NCBI RefSeq assembly: GCF_009914755.1
Contig: NC_060933.1
DNA length: 64,000 nucleotides
Source of the DNA: the human T2T-CHM13v2.0 reference genome, Homo sapiens
Reading direction: 5' to 3' (one strand)
Numbering within the stretch: position 1 is the stretch's first letter; each line of letters begins with the position of its first letter. The position numbers and the translations under genes are program-made. The notes under the pieces are model-generated. The model saw only the letters and a list, made by a program, of their open reading frames with translations, was not told the origin of the DNA and ran no database searches. Below are positions 19,900 through 48,046 of the stretch, one piece after another.

Positions 19900-19947
<48 letters not shown>
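19888..19947. repeat. Compound (TG)n(TA)n(TG)n microsatellite
   Basis: Seen directly. Confidence 0.95.
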
Positions 19948-19949
<2 letters not shown>

Positions 19950-20507
19950 TTCATAATGATGTCTCTGACTCTACTCTAGTACCACTTAATTCATTCTCAC
20001 CTTCATGAGGGTGATTCTTCAGAAATGAAAGATCGGAAGTGAGAGAGTGAGAAAAGGAAATGATCAGGGCAGAATTAGGTCATATAGAATTAGAGGAAAA
20101 TATATTCACTTATTACAGAACTGAAAGTAATCTTGGAGAACCTGTCACACATTGTCATCCAACTTGTTTATTTAACTGGTGAGAAAACTGCAATTCGATA
20201 GGGGCTATTCAGGGTCTTAGAGCTAGTTAGCAGCAAAGTAAAGACTCCTTGTTCTGAGAACAGCTTCTTTTGCCCTGGCTATAGGATACAGTCTCATTGG
20301 CTAGGTACTTTTCTTTTGAGGGCAAATAGATAAGGAACTGCCCAAAGATTTCAGACAGAGGTGACAGCCTCAGTTTTTATAATGCACAAGGACTGCCCAC
20401 AAAATGACCAAAGTGATTGAGACACAATATTTTTCCCTCAAAAGCTTAAAGCCTGATGGAGGAAGCAGAATTCATACAATGTGCAAGAACTTAAATAGAA
20501 ACGGCTT

Positions 20508-20783
20508 AGACAGGTGCGGTGGCTCACAGTTGTAATCCCAGCACTTTGGGAGGCTGAGGTGGGTGGATCACTTGAGGTCAGGAGTTCGAGACCAGCCTGG
20601 CCAATGTGGCGAAACCCCATCTCTACTAAAAAATACACAAATTAGCCGGGTGTGGTGGCAGGCACCTGTAATCCCAGGTATTCGGGAGCCTAAGGCAGGA
20701 GGATCACTTGAACCTGGAGGTTGCAGTGAGCTGAGATCGTGCCATTGAACTCCAGCCTGGGTGACAGAGCAAGACTCTGCCTC
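20508..20783 (+). mobile_element. AluS whose tail has expanded into a purine tract
   Basis: Alu consensus. Confidence 0.93.
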
Positions 20784-20798
20784 AAAAGAAAAAGAAGG

Positions 20799-20829
<31 letters not shown>

Positions 20830-21045
20830 AAGAAGGAAAGAAAGAAAGAAAAAAGAAGGAAAGAAAGAAAAGAAAGAAATAAGAAAAAAAGAAAGGAAGA
20901 AAGAAAGAGAGAAAAAGAAAAAGAAAGAAAAAGAAAGAGAAAGAAAGAAGGAAAGAAAAGAAAGAAAAAAGAAAAAAGAAAGGAAGAAAGAAAGAGAGAA
21001 AAAGAAAAAGAAAGAAAGAAAGAAAGAAAGAGAAAGAAAGAAAAG
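20784..21045. repeat. About 260-bp polypurine (GAAA-rich) tract
   Basis: Seen directly; a single T interruption. Confidence 0.95.
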
Positions 21046-21705
21046 ACTTAAAGAGCTCTGGGTGCACAGAAGTGTAAGTGATTATTTGTGCCTTGGCAGG
21101 TGGGGCAAATTTGTCAGGGTAGGATTTCACAAGTGAAACCCAACCCAGATAAATTGAGGAATTCTCCCAAGGTAACTCATCAAGAAGTGTGGACACCAAG
21201 TATTTTTGCACACACAGGACAGCCTCTCTTTTTAACAAGGTGAGAGCTTGCCTGTGGCCTTATTCACGAGTCCATGAATCTCAGTAGTTTTCACTCTATG
21301 CAGCATTTTGCAAGGTGGAGTGGAAAGCATTTCACTTTGCTTTTGCTGTTTTCAAGATATGTCCCATGGCATGGCAGCCAGATAAGATACTATTGGGGTG
21401 CTTTCTCTGAGTGACCTCCCAAGCTTCCCTGGCTTGCTCACGACTTAGAGCTCCCGGTCCTGGGAGGCAGACAGTGGAAAACTCAGAAAGAGGTCAGAAT
21501 TTTGGGAGCAAGATTTTTCTAGGGAAAGACGGAATCCCTTCAGAAACTACTGATGGGGTTAGGGGATGGAAACCAACAACAGTCAGTTGGTCGAGTTTAT
21601 CTCCTTAGTACAGGGTGAGATGGCTAAGCTGAAGTGGGTAGTTTTGGATAGCTGGTTGAGCCGCATGCTGGGGCAGTGCCTGACTCAAATCCATGTTCTT
21701 ACTAT

Positions 21706-21724
21706 TAGCCACTAGGGGGCAATA
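21706..21724 (+). promoter_or_regulatory. Candidate CTCF site (tagccactagggggcaata) with AP-1 tgactca at 21681-21687
   Basis: Near-consensus CTCF core CCACTAGGGGGC. Confidence 0.6.
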
Positions 21725-22369
21725 GCATGCTGAGGATGCTACTCAACTTTGACCCTTAATATGATTAATTTTAGAGATATGTAAGCTTCAAAATCTTCAA
21801 ATGTTAAAGTTAAATAAACTTTTATTCGGGGCAGAGATGTTCACAGCATCATGGATTCATTTAAAAAGCAAACTTGAGTATGTTAAAAAAAGATTCACTT
21901 TTTTTTTTTTCAAAACTGCGTTTACTTACCACTTGTTAGGGATATATAAAAATGTACAAAATAATAATATTAAAATTCTTATTAGATTAATAGCATGCGT
22001 TCTATTATGTTGTGATCACTACTCTTTGTGATCATGTATGTTCTATTATGTTGTGATCACTACTCCTTGATTTGTTGGGATTCATTTCCATATTTCTATA
22101 TCACTATAAAGCAAATAAAAGAACAAGTAAAATGTGTCTATTTCAAATACCTGAATTTATTTTATGGAAAAACAGAGTGTAAACAATGCCTTTATTCCAG
22201 AACCCTTCAAAGCATTTTATTTCTCCTAACTTCTCTACTGTCCTCAGTCTCTTTGATTTTTTTCTCCTATTTGATATTATCTTAATTAAGACTCTTTGGG
22301 TGGCAAATAACAGCTACCAACTCAATCCAGCTTAAAGCAAAATAGGGGAGTTTATGATAATATTTCACA

Positions 22370-23294
<925 letters not shown>

Positions 23295-23509
23295 CAGGTG
23301 TGTCTCATGGAGCTGGAAAGCAGGGCCGTAGCCAGAAAAAGCATAGATTGAGGAACTGGGAAGCTACTGAAGACCAAGTATCCATTCTCTTGGTTATTTT
23401 CTCAAGTCAGATTGTTTCTTGTCTGACCCTTCCTATGTTATTCTCTTGCTGTGAACAGTGTGTACTTCGCCTCTGTGCATCTTGTTGAAAGGGTTACCCA
23501 GAGCTCCTG

Positions 23510-25750
<2,241 letters not shown>

Positions 25751-27207
25751 GGAGGAGATTTCCCTTTTGCTCTGGAAAATTCCTGGATGGTGGCAGTCCT
25801 CTCTTAGTTACAGGGAGTGGGAAAATATAAGTGAATAAAATACGGTGTCCATCTCCTAGTGTATTTGCTTGATTACGCAGCAAAGCTATCTCAGTATAGC
25901 ATCTCGAGTGAAACAATAAATCGAGATTGTTTTGTTAAGTGGTAAAACTCTAAATAAAGAATCTTCATCCTCACTACTACTTAGAGAGCATAAAGGCACA
26001 TCAAAAAGGATATGCTGTTTGATGGAGATAAATAGGTACTTAAATATATTATTATAATTTTGGGGAGGGGTTATCTAAATAAAAGTCACATCATAAGTTG
26101 AATCCCAATGTATGAGGTGGTTTTGTGTTTTAAAAGCCTAAAGACTTAGTTCATTACAATAGGTTTTTGTTGCCTTTCTTTTTCCTGTTTTTTTTTTTGG
26201 CTTATCTTTTTCGTATCTTCTATTCATATGTCTTCCAAATGCGTTAATTGGTGTCACCAAAAGGTCTGTTTTATTATCACCCTCTGCTTCAACTGACATC
26301 ATATATCGCTTTCTCAAAATCACAGTTTCTAATTCTATTTTCAGACATGGCAGTAATTTGATTATTTGTTTTGTTTTGGAGCCTGGTAAGAGACCTCAAC
26401 AGTTACTTTTAAATTGACCCATTTACCCTTTAATCATAAGAAACCACGCAAATTCAGTTATTATGCCTCCTATTTTCATCATACGACTGCATCTTTCAAA
26501 CATTAGTTTTCCCATGGTAATTTTGCAGATCGTTACTTTTTGTTATCTCAGAATCTTGATTACGTTACATACTCTAATGAAACTCCATGTGTATCTGCAG
26601 CCCCTAATTTCATTTTTTTCATATGATTTAGGTTTAATTTTATTACCATTCTGGAAACAGATACAAATTAGAGGAAAATTAGAAACAAAATTGGCACAAT
26701 AGTTTCTCAATTTCATGATGCATTAAATTTGGGGGCAATTTATCACAAGTGGAAAAAGTTTAGGTAGCGGCAATGATCACCTAACTAAATGAGAGCTCTT
26801 GAAGAAATATTATTTTATCTTTAAGGCCTAGTACAAAGAAAACCCATCTATTCACCACCCTTAATAGAATTCAGTACACGAATCATTATATCTGTCACTA
26901 GGTCCAGATACTATCTGTGGGCACTTCAATAGCTGCAGAAATTTTACCTTCTCTGGCAAATTTCTGGGAAAATGAATATGAAGAGAGAAAATGTGTTACA
27001 TCATGGAGGGAAAAACTGTAGTTCCACATGGATACTCCTGTTCACTCAGTAAATATCTATGATGATTCATTCCACAAATAATCATTGAGTATATGTGTCA
27101 AGGAGTGTCCTTGGCACTGGAGATACAATGACAAACAGAATGACAAGATTCCTATTGGGAAAGACAGACCAACTGATATTACATAGTGAACAAGAAAAAA
27201 ATTATAG

Positions 27208-27558
<351 letters not shown>

Positions 27559-28914
27559 TCATATGTGTATAAAGTGGAGATTTAAAATAAGATGGTATTT
27601 TAGAGAGTAATTGAGTGGCCTCTTGAGACTAGCTGGCCAGGGAGTCCTCTGAGATGGGGCATTAGAATCTGAGAGGTAGAGACCACCAGAAACAGAAAGA
27701 AACAAATGCATTTCTGCAGTTGGGCACCTGCTGACTCCTTGATTCCATTAGGACAGAGTAAGCGCTCGTTCTCTGCCAACCCAGAATTCGGCCCTGTGGC
27801 TGCAGCGAAAAGAATCCCAGAAGAGGGACTCACGCTGAACACATTCTGGCTCCAGAGGCTTCCTCATTAAAATAATAATAATAAATCTTAAAATCCCAGG
27901 AGAGATTCAGGAATAAAAATGGAGAAAGTAAGACTTTAAAGTAAAATTATTAGAAATCCCCAGGAAGTAAAGAAGGAAAAAGAAACCAGAAAAAAAAATC
28001 CTATCAGTTAATTAAGCCTTGGAGTGACAAAGAGATCCAGAGCTTCCAAGGATATGGAAATTTCTTGGCTTTGAAGAGTTGAGGGAGAAGAATCATGAAC
28101 AGTCTAAAGCAATTGCCCAGCGTCTCAAGTAGAAGGGCATGAAGAGGAAGCTGGCACGGATGTCTCCAGATGATGACACGTTTGCAGGGCTTTTTCTGGG
28201 CCACTCATGAGGCCACACAGATGCCAACGAGCCACCCTGGCCCTGTACTTATGGAGGGGCTCTGCACAGGATTTTGGGATAAGGATGGAAGGACAGTGTC
28301 TTTTGAGGTTCTCCCTGTGCGGTTTTGGTCATCCTTCTACCTTCTGAGTTCCAGCCCCAGGCCTATGGCATCCCTGTTTCACTTTGAGGCGTTGCTGTGG
28401 GCTCCTCCAGGCATGAGCTCCACGGAGGATCCTCAGGTACCCAGATGGGAAACTTGGAACAGGAACCCTCCATGGTAAGCCCCCTGCCTGTTTGGTTTTC
28501 CCCAGCAGCCAGCCCTCAAGCCCTCTGAAGCAGTGGTCCACCTCTTCTGATTCTGATCCAGATTGTGAACTTAGCAACAACTAGAACCTGGATCCCAATT
28601 CTGTCTGAAATCAACAGAATAATATGTTCTATACGTTGGTGCATGACTCTTTGCCTAACCCAACACAATGAGAGTAAAGTGTGAAATAAACAAAACATAA
28701 AAAGTAAAGAATCTGAGCTGTGAAGAGAGAGAAGGAAGCAGCCATATGGGAAAGGTCCCAAGCTTAGTGAGTTACAAGGAAGCTGGTGTGGCTGGATGGT
28801 AATGGTTGAGGGCACTGGGCACAGGGTGAAGCTAGCGGGTGTGGAGAGACTAGAAAACTAGAGTTTTGTGAACTTCTACTAAATACCGCATTGTTAAACA
28901 GGATTTGAGGAGTT

Positions 28915-29220
<306 letters not shown>

Positions 29221-29239
29221 GGAAGTTTTAAATGTACCC

Positions 29240-30040
<801 letters not shown>

Positions 30041-30289
30041 ATGCTAAACCATACAACACAGAATAGAAAAAAATAACTGTTTAAGGAACTGGGGAAAATA
30101 TTGGTTAAAATAATCCAGGGATAATAGTAACCCAGAAGAAGGCAAAGGTAGTCTTATCTTTCTGAAATTTGGCCTCAAGGAGTATGGAAACCAAAACCAA
30201 GAGGAACTTTCTCAATGCAACTACTCGTACTACTATTAATTTTACTACTACTAATAAAGATAATAATACACACTAGCAGCAAAGCCAGC

Positions 30290-30490
30290 TTACATTTTTA
30301 AAGTGCTTACCATGTACCAGGCACTCTCCTAAGCACTCCACATCTTAAATTATTGAATCCTAAGAGCAACCTTCACAATTATTATCTTTATTTCACAAAT
30401 GAAGATATTGAGATAGAGAGAGCTTAAATGATTTGTGAGGATCAAAGAGCCAAAATTTCAACCTAGGATGCCTTACTACAAGGCCTGCTG
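30290..30490 (-). mobile_element. MIR
   Basis: aagtgcttaccatgtaccaggcact..tttcacaaatgaagatattgag. Confidence 0.6.
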
Positions 30491-30608
30491 TGTGAACCAA
30501 ATTTTATGAAATTCTCTTAATATGCGATATAATATCACTTCATCTTTGGTAAAAATTCTGCTCAAATCTTCTATTTTTAAAAATTGGTTGATTATCATCC
30601 TAATATCA

Positions 30609-35256
<4,648 letters not shown>

Positions 35257-35683
35257 TCAATAGAGCAAAAGCATTAAGGTAAGGATATGTATCACAGATA
35301 GTAGCAAGGGGCCCAGGGCACCAGGCCCAGGCTTTGACTGTTCTCTCCCTGTAAGGACTCTATTAGACACACGTTTCTTCTCCAGGAACAAAACATGGAT
35401 GAATCTTACAAAAGAATCCATACTGTATGATTCCATTTGTATAAAAATAGGCAAAACTAATCTATGGTAAATATTGATTATCTTTGGAAGGGAGGGATGG
35501 AGTAATGATTAAGAGAGGGCCAGAGAGGGGCGTACTGGCAGAATTCTGATTCATGCCCTGGGTAGTGATTCCATAGGTGCATTCAGCTTGTTATAATTCA
35601 TCAAGCTTGTGATTTGCTGTATAACATTATACTTCAAAAAAGTTATTTAAAAATGAAGCAAACACCTACAAGTTCACAATACT

Positions 35684-36008
35684 TTTTTTTTTTTTTTTTT
35701 TTTTTGAGGCGAAGTCTCATTCTGTTGCTCAGGCTGGAGTGCAGTGATGCGATCTTGGCTCACTGCTAACTCTGCCTCCTGGGTTCAAGCAATTGGTCCT
35801 GCCTCAGCCTCCGGAGTAGCTGGGATTAATAGCCAGCACACCACCACATCTGGCTAATTTTTTATTTTTATTTTTATTTTTTATTTTAGTAGAGACGGGG
35901 TTTCTGCCATGTGGGCCGGGCTGGTATTGAACTCCTGCCCTCAAGCAATCTACCCGCCTTGGCCTCCCAAAGTGCTGAGATTACAGGTGTGAGCCACCAT
36001 GCCCAGCC
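35684..36008 (-). mobile_element. AluS
   Basis: TSD-like acaat(a/g)ct. Confidence 0.93.
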
Positions 36009-36294
36009 ACAATGCTATTTTAAAAGAGAGAAGGAAAGAAATACTTATTTGGCAACCTTTTGAAGTAACTAGAACATCAACTCCTTAATTTAAAAATTGA
36101 CAACTAACAGGAAAAACATAAGCAGTTAACCTGCTTTCTTGTAGATTGTATTTCAGTGTAAAGTAAATAACTTTAGTTGATGAGGAAAAGTTTTTCTTTA
36201 CAAATAATTTCCAACTAATAAATGTGGAATTAATGGCAGAATTAGATAATCACCAACGAGTAACCACTAATGAAATAATTCAGGCAAAGGTCAT

Positions 36295-37295
36295 AATATG
36301 AGTTATCTATTGCTGTGTAACAGATTACTTCAGAATGTTGCAGCTTAAAACAACAAACATTTATCATCTCACAGTTTTTGTGGGTTAGGAATCAGGGCAT
36401 GGCTTAACATGGTGTCCTGGTTCAGTCTTTCAACACTACAACCAAATGTCAACGAGGGCTGCGGTCATCTCAAGACTTGAGTTGGGGAGGATTCACCTAC
36501 AAGCTTACTCATGGGGTTGCTGGCAGATTTCAAGTTCTTGCTGGCTGTTAGCCAGAAACAGCAGGTACTTGCCACATGGGCTTCTCCATAGGGCATCTCC
36601 CAAGATGGCAGCTGGCTTCTCTAAGAGCTAGCAGTGAAGAAGAGAGCAAGAGAAGATGCCCAAGGTGGAATCCACAGTTTTTTGGTAGCTTATTATTGAA
36701 GTGACATCGCATCACCTCTGCTGCACTCTATTCTGGAAGTCTTAAGTCCAGACTAGAGTCAAGATAAGGAGATTACATACACAGAAAGTCAATACCAGAA
36801 GGCGGCGATCACAGGGAACCTCTTAGAGGCTGCTATAAAAGTTGATCATACAAATTGGATTGTTCTTGTCATACCGAACTAAATGAGAGTTGAGGGGCCA
36901 GGAGAAAAAGCACCAAGACACATAACATTGCTCCAGGAATGTCATTCTCTGCAAGCCTGGATGCTGAAACGACCTGGTATAACCTAAAACCAGTTGTATC
37001 TAATGGCTACTGGAACAACCTGCTTAGACTCTAAGACTAGTTTTAGCCACCATGGTCACTCACCAATTAGAGCTTGCCAGTTCCCCAGAACTTTGCTAGT
37101 GCCAGTGAACTTTCTTTTAGAACAATATGTAACATTTCTTCTTTTTATAAAACCTGCAACCTTCTCTTTGTTCTTTGGACATACTGAAGACCACCTGGTG
37201 TGTGTGTGTGTTTATGACTCAAATTGCAATTCTTGCTTCCCAAATAAAATGTCTTAAATTTAGATATTTGTTTCTATATTTTATTTGACTTCAAC
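36295..37295. mobile_element. MLT1 LTR (36295-36835, minus) adjoined by an ERV LTR (about 36835-37295, LTR47-like)
   Basis: ttatctattgctgtgtaacagattac (MLT1); aaagttgatcatacaaattgg...cccaaataaa..gacttcaaca. Confidence 0.6.
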
Positions 37296-38269
37296 ATTGC
37301 CTACCATCATCATCAAAGGATGGAAGCTATTAGATGAAAAGTTGATGGGGACTTTATAAAACAGAGGCATCAGACTGTCATCACCTGAATCCTTTACTCA
37401 ACTTTAAACTCACTAAAAGAACAATAGACATTATTTGCCTTGTACTGTGAAGCAATCTGAAGTACATAGCACCACCTAATGAGGTACTTTTTCCAAAAAG
37501 AGGTGAGCTCAAAACCAATCAAGTCTTTAACAGACATCCATTTTATAAGAAATAAATCTATCAGTTTATTTCTAAATAAATATATATGATAGAAGAACAA
37601 GTTAAAGGACACCATGAGGATACAAATCTAGAAGGTGGGACCTTCTACATGTCAATGGACCTATTTCTTCAGTAAGTCAATTGCATGAAAAAAATGAGGA
37701 CTTGCTCTAGACTAAAAGAGTCTTAAGAGACTTAACAATCAAATGCAATCTTTAGATCTTGCTTGGATACTGATTCAAACAAACCAATTAGAAGAAGATA
37801 ATTTTATAATAAGGTGACTTTGAATATAGATACAAAGGTGGTACTAAGGAATTATTATCTTTTAGTAAATAATGCATTGTAGCTATGAAAGAAAATGTCC
37901 ATATTTTTCTGAGATGCAAACAAAAGTAACAACTGAGACATGGGGTCTAAGATTTGCTTTAAAGTACTTCAGCAGACACAACAAACACAACAAAAGGAAC
38001 AGATAAAACAGATGTGGTAAAATCTTAATAACTGTTGAATCTAGATTATGGATATATGCAAATTCATTGTAGAATCCTATTCATTTTTATGAGTGTTTAA
38101 ACATTTTCATAAAAACAAGAAAAGATAGCAGGAGTGGATGGTTTTATACCTGAGTTCTAGCTAGACTTCAATATTTCTAATATTGTTTAAATATCTGTGA
38201 TCTTAAAAAAGATGAAAAACTCCCCAATTCATTTTATAAAGCTAGCATAACTTTTAATAAACTTTTTTG

Positions 38270-38880
<611 letters not shown>

Positions 38881-39083
38881 CTAAAACCTTTTTTTTTTTT
38901 TGAAATATAATATGCATGGAGAAAAATTAATAGTTGTGTGTAGCTTGAATAACTTTTGCATACTGAACACATCTGTGCAAAAAGATTAAAAACTAGAACA
39001 CTGTGTGCACCCCAGATACCCACCCCATGCTCATTTTAGACAGTATCTTCTGCTGAAGATAGTCACGTGCTGAAGCCAGCACA

Positions 39084-39378
39084 ATTTTTTTTTTTTTTTT
39101 TTTTAAGCTGGAGTCTCACTCTATCGCCAAGGCTGGAGTGCAATGTTATGATCTGGGCTCACTGCAACCTCTGCCTCCAGAGTTCAAGCGATTCTCCTGC
39201 CTCAGCTTTCTGAGTAGCTGGGATTACAAGCACACGCCACCACACCCAGCTAATTTTTGTATTTTTAGTAGAGATGGGGGTTTCCCCATGTTGGTCAGGC
39301 TGGTCTCGAACTCCTGACCTCAAGTGATCTGCCTGCCTTGGCCTCCCAAAGTGCAGGGATTACAGGTATGAGCCACAG
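39084..39378 (-). mobile_element. AluS
   Basis: Alu consensus. Confidence 0.93.
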
Positions 39379-40713
39379 CATAAACTTTAATACCAAAATC
39401 TGGTTTTAAAAAATAGTGCAAAAAGTGGAGACTACAGAATAATTTCATTTATATGGAGACGACTTTTAAAAATAGCATATTAGGAAACAGGATCCGGAAA
39501 TGTATTTTAATATCTACACAATCATACACACATATATTGTTAACAATTTGCTTGCCATTATTTCTTGCATTCCCTCTGGGTTCTTACTAAAATACATACT
39601 TTATTAGTAGTTTTTTTTAAGCAAGGGATTATGGATAGTAAACATTTTTAGGCCCATGTATTTTTTAACATTTTTATTTTACCCCCTACTCCTCAGAGAG
39701 AGTTTGGCTGCTTATAGAATTACAGACAGCTATTTTCCTTCAGCATTGTAAGTATATGACACTATTGTCCTCTGACCTCTATTGTTAATGAGCATTCTAT
39801 TGTCAATTTGTCATTTCTTTGTATGTAATCCATCTCTCTTTCGTAGATTATATTTTCCTTTACTGCTTAGTGGTCCATAGTTTTGCTACAGTATTTCTGG
39901 GTATAGATTTATTTTCAATATCTTGCTAATCAGTCTGAGATTTTTCAGTTCAAGGTCTCATGTGTTTCTTGAGATTTTTCTGTCATTTTATTTTCACATA
40001 TCACTTAATTTCCATTCTCCTATTTTTTTTCTGCTAATTCCATCGTATACATTTCTGAACTTCTCATTCTACCGTCCAATACTCTTATTTTTCTGTCTTA
40101 CAGTGCTATGATCTCTAAGCTTTTCAATGCTGTCTTCCAACTTGTTAGCCCTCTCTCTTCAGATATATCCAGGCTACCACTGGGATAATTATCAAGGGTT
40201 ATTATTATAATTTTCAATGACTATATCTTTCATTTCCAAGATTTCCAATTTGTTCTTTTACAAATCTTTCTGTTCTTATTTCATGGATGCTGTTTCCTTC
40301 TTTGTCACTGGACAGTTAATAGATTATATTTAAGTTCTCATATTGATCTCTATATGCTCAGATGTTAATTTGTTTGTTGAATGTACCAAATACTTTATGA
40401 TGATGAACTTCCTTGTGTGCTTAAAATTCCTTAAAAAGCTATGCTTGCTTGAGTGTTCTTCAGTTACACCTTTTCTTTTCATATGACCTATATTTGCTTT
40501 AGCCCTGGTCCAAATGGGTTGCACCGTCCAAACCACTTCTCACGTTAGCAGATTAAATCGGACCTTTTGCTCTGTATTAACGGCTTAATTTTACAATATA
40601 CCTTCATGTGTGTTGTACACACTCACTTCAGATGTTCTATTGGGTACTTGGCTTCTTTACTTTTTGTGTATTAAATCAATGCTCTCAAAAGCAAAAATCT
40701 ACGTCCAAAATAT

Positions 40714-40719
40714 TTTAAT
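40714..40719 (-). terminator. Poly(A) signal ATTAAA for the distal C9orf153 exon
   Basis: ATTAAA 3 nt after the tag stop, followed by a U/GU-rich downstream element (gatttttgcttttg). Confidence 0.65.
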
Positions 40720-40722
40720 ACA

Positions 40723-40961
40723 CTACATATTCCATTTAAGAGAATAACTTCCTTCATTTTGATAATCAATTTGAGGATAAATGACCAAAGACTTGCGAAC
40801 TATAGGGGGGAAAATAACGTCAGGCATGTCCTGGCTCTCTACAAATCTCTTCTCAGTGTTGTATTTTATGTCTCCGAATGAAATTGCAGTAGTGCGCCTC
40901 CACTTCGCAAGCCCCTTAAAATATCTCCATTCCAGATCCCTTAGATTCATGAATTGTTTTC
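40723..40961 (-). CDS. C9orf153: C9orf153 distal terminal exon (G-KQFMNLRDLEWRYFKGLAKW...SLKWNM*)
   Basis: Acceptor gattcttttcag|gaa at 40963-40962; phase 1 fits the 46768 donor exactly and runs into ORF 40723..40950; ATTAAA directly after the stop. Confidence 0.75.
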
Positions 40962-41094
40962 CTGAAAAGAATCATATTTTCAAAGAATCACATGGTGTTG
41001 TTACTCAGCCTTTCATTACTCAGAGATGCTTCATGGACAGGGTAAACCTTTGATGAACTCGAGTCCCCTCTTTCTGGCAGAAAGCCATTTCTAA

Positions 41095-41414
<320 letters not shown>

Positions 41415-42448
41415 CTAAAGCTTTATAAACTTAAGGGAGACCCTGTGATGTCAATTTCATGTAAAGCCTGCCCCTAAACAGCAATTGAGTGGGTCTGGCT
41501 AACTGGGCTTGAGTGGACCCTGCAGAGCCCCGGCAGGTGGACGGAGTATTTCATTCTGTGCTTGGATCCTAACAGAATGTGCAAATGGAGAGCTCTGCAG
41601 AGCACCGAAAGCAGCAGGGAGGAGAAAAGGATCCAAAAACAGGGAGGAAGATGGGTTAGAAGTGCACAGATTGTTAGTGTCATTTCTTCCAAGATGCTAA
41701 TGTAAGCCCTAAGTATAAAAGGGCAGTGGCTGAGCTAGAATCTGGCCATTCTCCATACTCATTCAGAAACCACAAGCTTGAGGTGTCATTAGCAGTTACA
41801 ATTCCTTCAAGTAGCCAATGAGCCAAGGAGAAAGAATCAAGCAAAGACACAGCACATGTTCTCCCCACCAGCAGCGATTCCCCTCTCCCTTCTCTTCCAC
41901 CCTTTTCATGGCTAAATAACGCTGAAAACAACAACAAATCAAGGCTAAAGGCATGGGTTGGAGTGTAAAACCAGGAGCCAACGGGCCACGGGAACAAGTA
42001 TAAGGAGAATTATGGTCACAGCAGACAAGCAGGATGACTGGTCTATTTCTGGTGGGTGACCTTACTGTCCCACATGTGGTGACATTTGAGCATGTCACCT
42101 GTAGTCCAAAGACTGAGCAGGCACCACTCCACTCCAATCAGTCCTCCATCCCTGTACTGGGAGGGCCTGGGCCTGCCTGGTGGGAAGTCTTTATATAGAC
42201 TTTGTACATGTCTGAAGTAGAAGACAGGTGCCAGAGACTCTTCGTTGGGCTCATACCTCCCCAAGTAGAACAGATACTGCCATGGTGTTCAGCAGTCCAT
42301 TCATAAGGCCAGTTGCCAAGTTTCAGGGAGTTTGACAAGATCTTTGGAGGCCTGGCATAGCAAGAAGTGGTGGCAAAAGGAAGGAAGGGGATCTTTAACA
42401 AGAGAAGGTTTAGAGCTGATGATTTTGATGACTAAAGAGCCTCATGTC

Positions 42449-42795
<347 letters not shown>

Positions 42796-42974
42796 CTATA
42801 GAGGGGGGAGCTAAGAACTCTTATTCACCAGCCTTCCCTACAGGAAGGGGTGATGATTGGACACAATTCTGGCCAAGAAGATGTAGAAAGAAATCACTTA
42901 AGGAGAGGTGTTCTGGAAAATCGTTGCTTCCGTATTAAAAGAGGACAGAAGTGTCAATGTGGCTCTTCATCCTA

Positions 42975-44188
<1,214 letters not shown>

Positions 44189-44491
44189 GCATTGTTCCGG
44201 CCCTTGTCTGCGTACCCCTAGACTTCTAATTATGTAAGAAAAATAACCACTATTTGGTTTTCTGTTATTTTTGATTCCTAAGCTATATGATTCTATGGGA
44301 TTTAGCCTGAACAAGAGGAGCTCATACGATAGAAGAGCAAAACGGCAACACCCACTCTCTTTTCCTCCCCCGGTGCTTGGTGCCAGTAGGAATATGTTCT
44401 TTAGTATACTTTGGAATACCAGGATCCTAAAGTTCTTCTGGACTGAGTAGGAGAGTAGAAGATGAATTGTTGCAATACTAATTACCCCTAA

Positions 44492-46703
<2,212 letters not shown>

Positions 46704-46753
46704 CTAGTAAATTTGCAATGAGATTTCCATTCCTTTTCTCCCACATGGCCTCA

Positions 46754-47410
<657 letters not shown>

Positions 47411-48046
47411 TCAATTGTGGCAATGTGGAATAGAGAACAGAGAGGTCAAATCTCCGATTCACTCCCTTAAAGATGTATTATTTAGACACGTCTTATAAAT
47501 GCTTGTTATAAAATTAGGCAGTTAGAATTGAACTAAGAAGTCTTGAAGATCTTTCCAACTCTGAAATTCTATGAGTGACCACGGAGAGAAATAGCTGTGG
47601 GAGACTGTGGCCTTTGCTTGTTTTGAACAATGCTATTATGTCTTTGAAGGAAGAAAGCGAGCCAGATCACTTAGATATCAGAGCTTCATCCTGTTGTCCA
47701 AAGAGCCCATAATGTTCAGGAATCCAGTGCTGAGGAGGCGACAATAGTCATTGCTCACTGGGATATGTGACCAGAGCAAATGGTGACATACATTGAGTAT
47801 CTGGGAATAGTTATTGGCAGAAAAAAACAGTAACAGATCCCTGAGAGGACCTGTCCCCATCTAAAATCCTATACTTCCTACAAATCCTATCCTTTCTAAG
47901 AGGTTTCTTAGGCCATTACACTGGAAGGCCAAAGAGGCCATAGTCTCAGGTTAGGGCTGAAATTTAGGTCCTTTAGCCCAATGCAGAGTTTTCCTTCAAT
48001 CCTAGTCAATTTTATTGCAAGGGCAACAAATAGAAAGTGAGCTAAC

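Noticed and set aside
20690-21238. F/S/L-rich and K/E/R-rich ORFs (also 5525..6061 and 44488..44866)
   Set aside because: Translations of GA/GAAA microsatellites.
21999-22065. Repeat-spacer-repeat pattern as CRISPR-like
   Set aside because: Only two units, eukaryotic context, no cas genes.
41470-42440. Overlapping minus-strand ORFs, possibly an extra exon or a decayed ERV env remnant
   Set aside because: No phase-compatible splice sites established and only vague motif resemblance; needs a Dfam or tBLASTx search.
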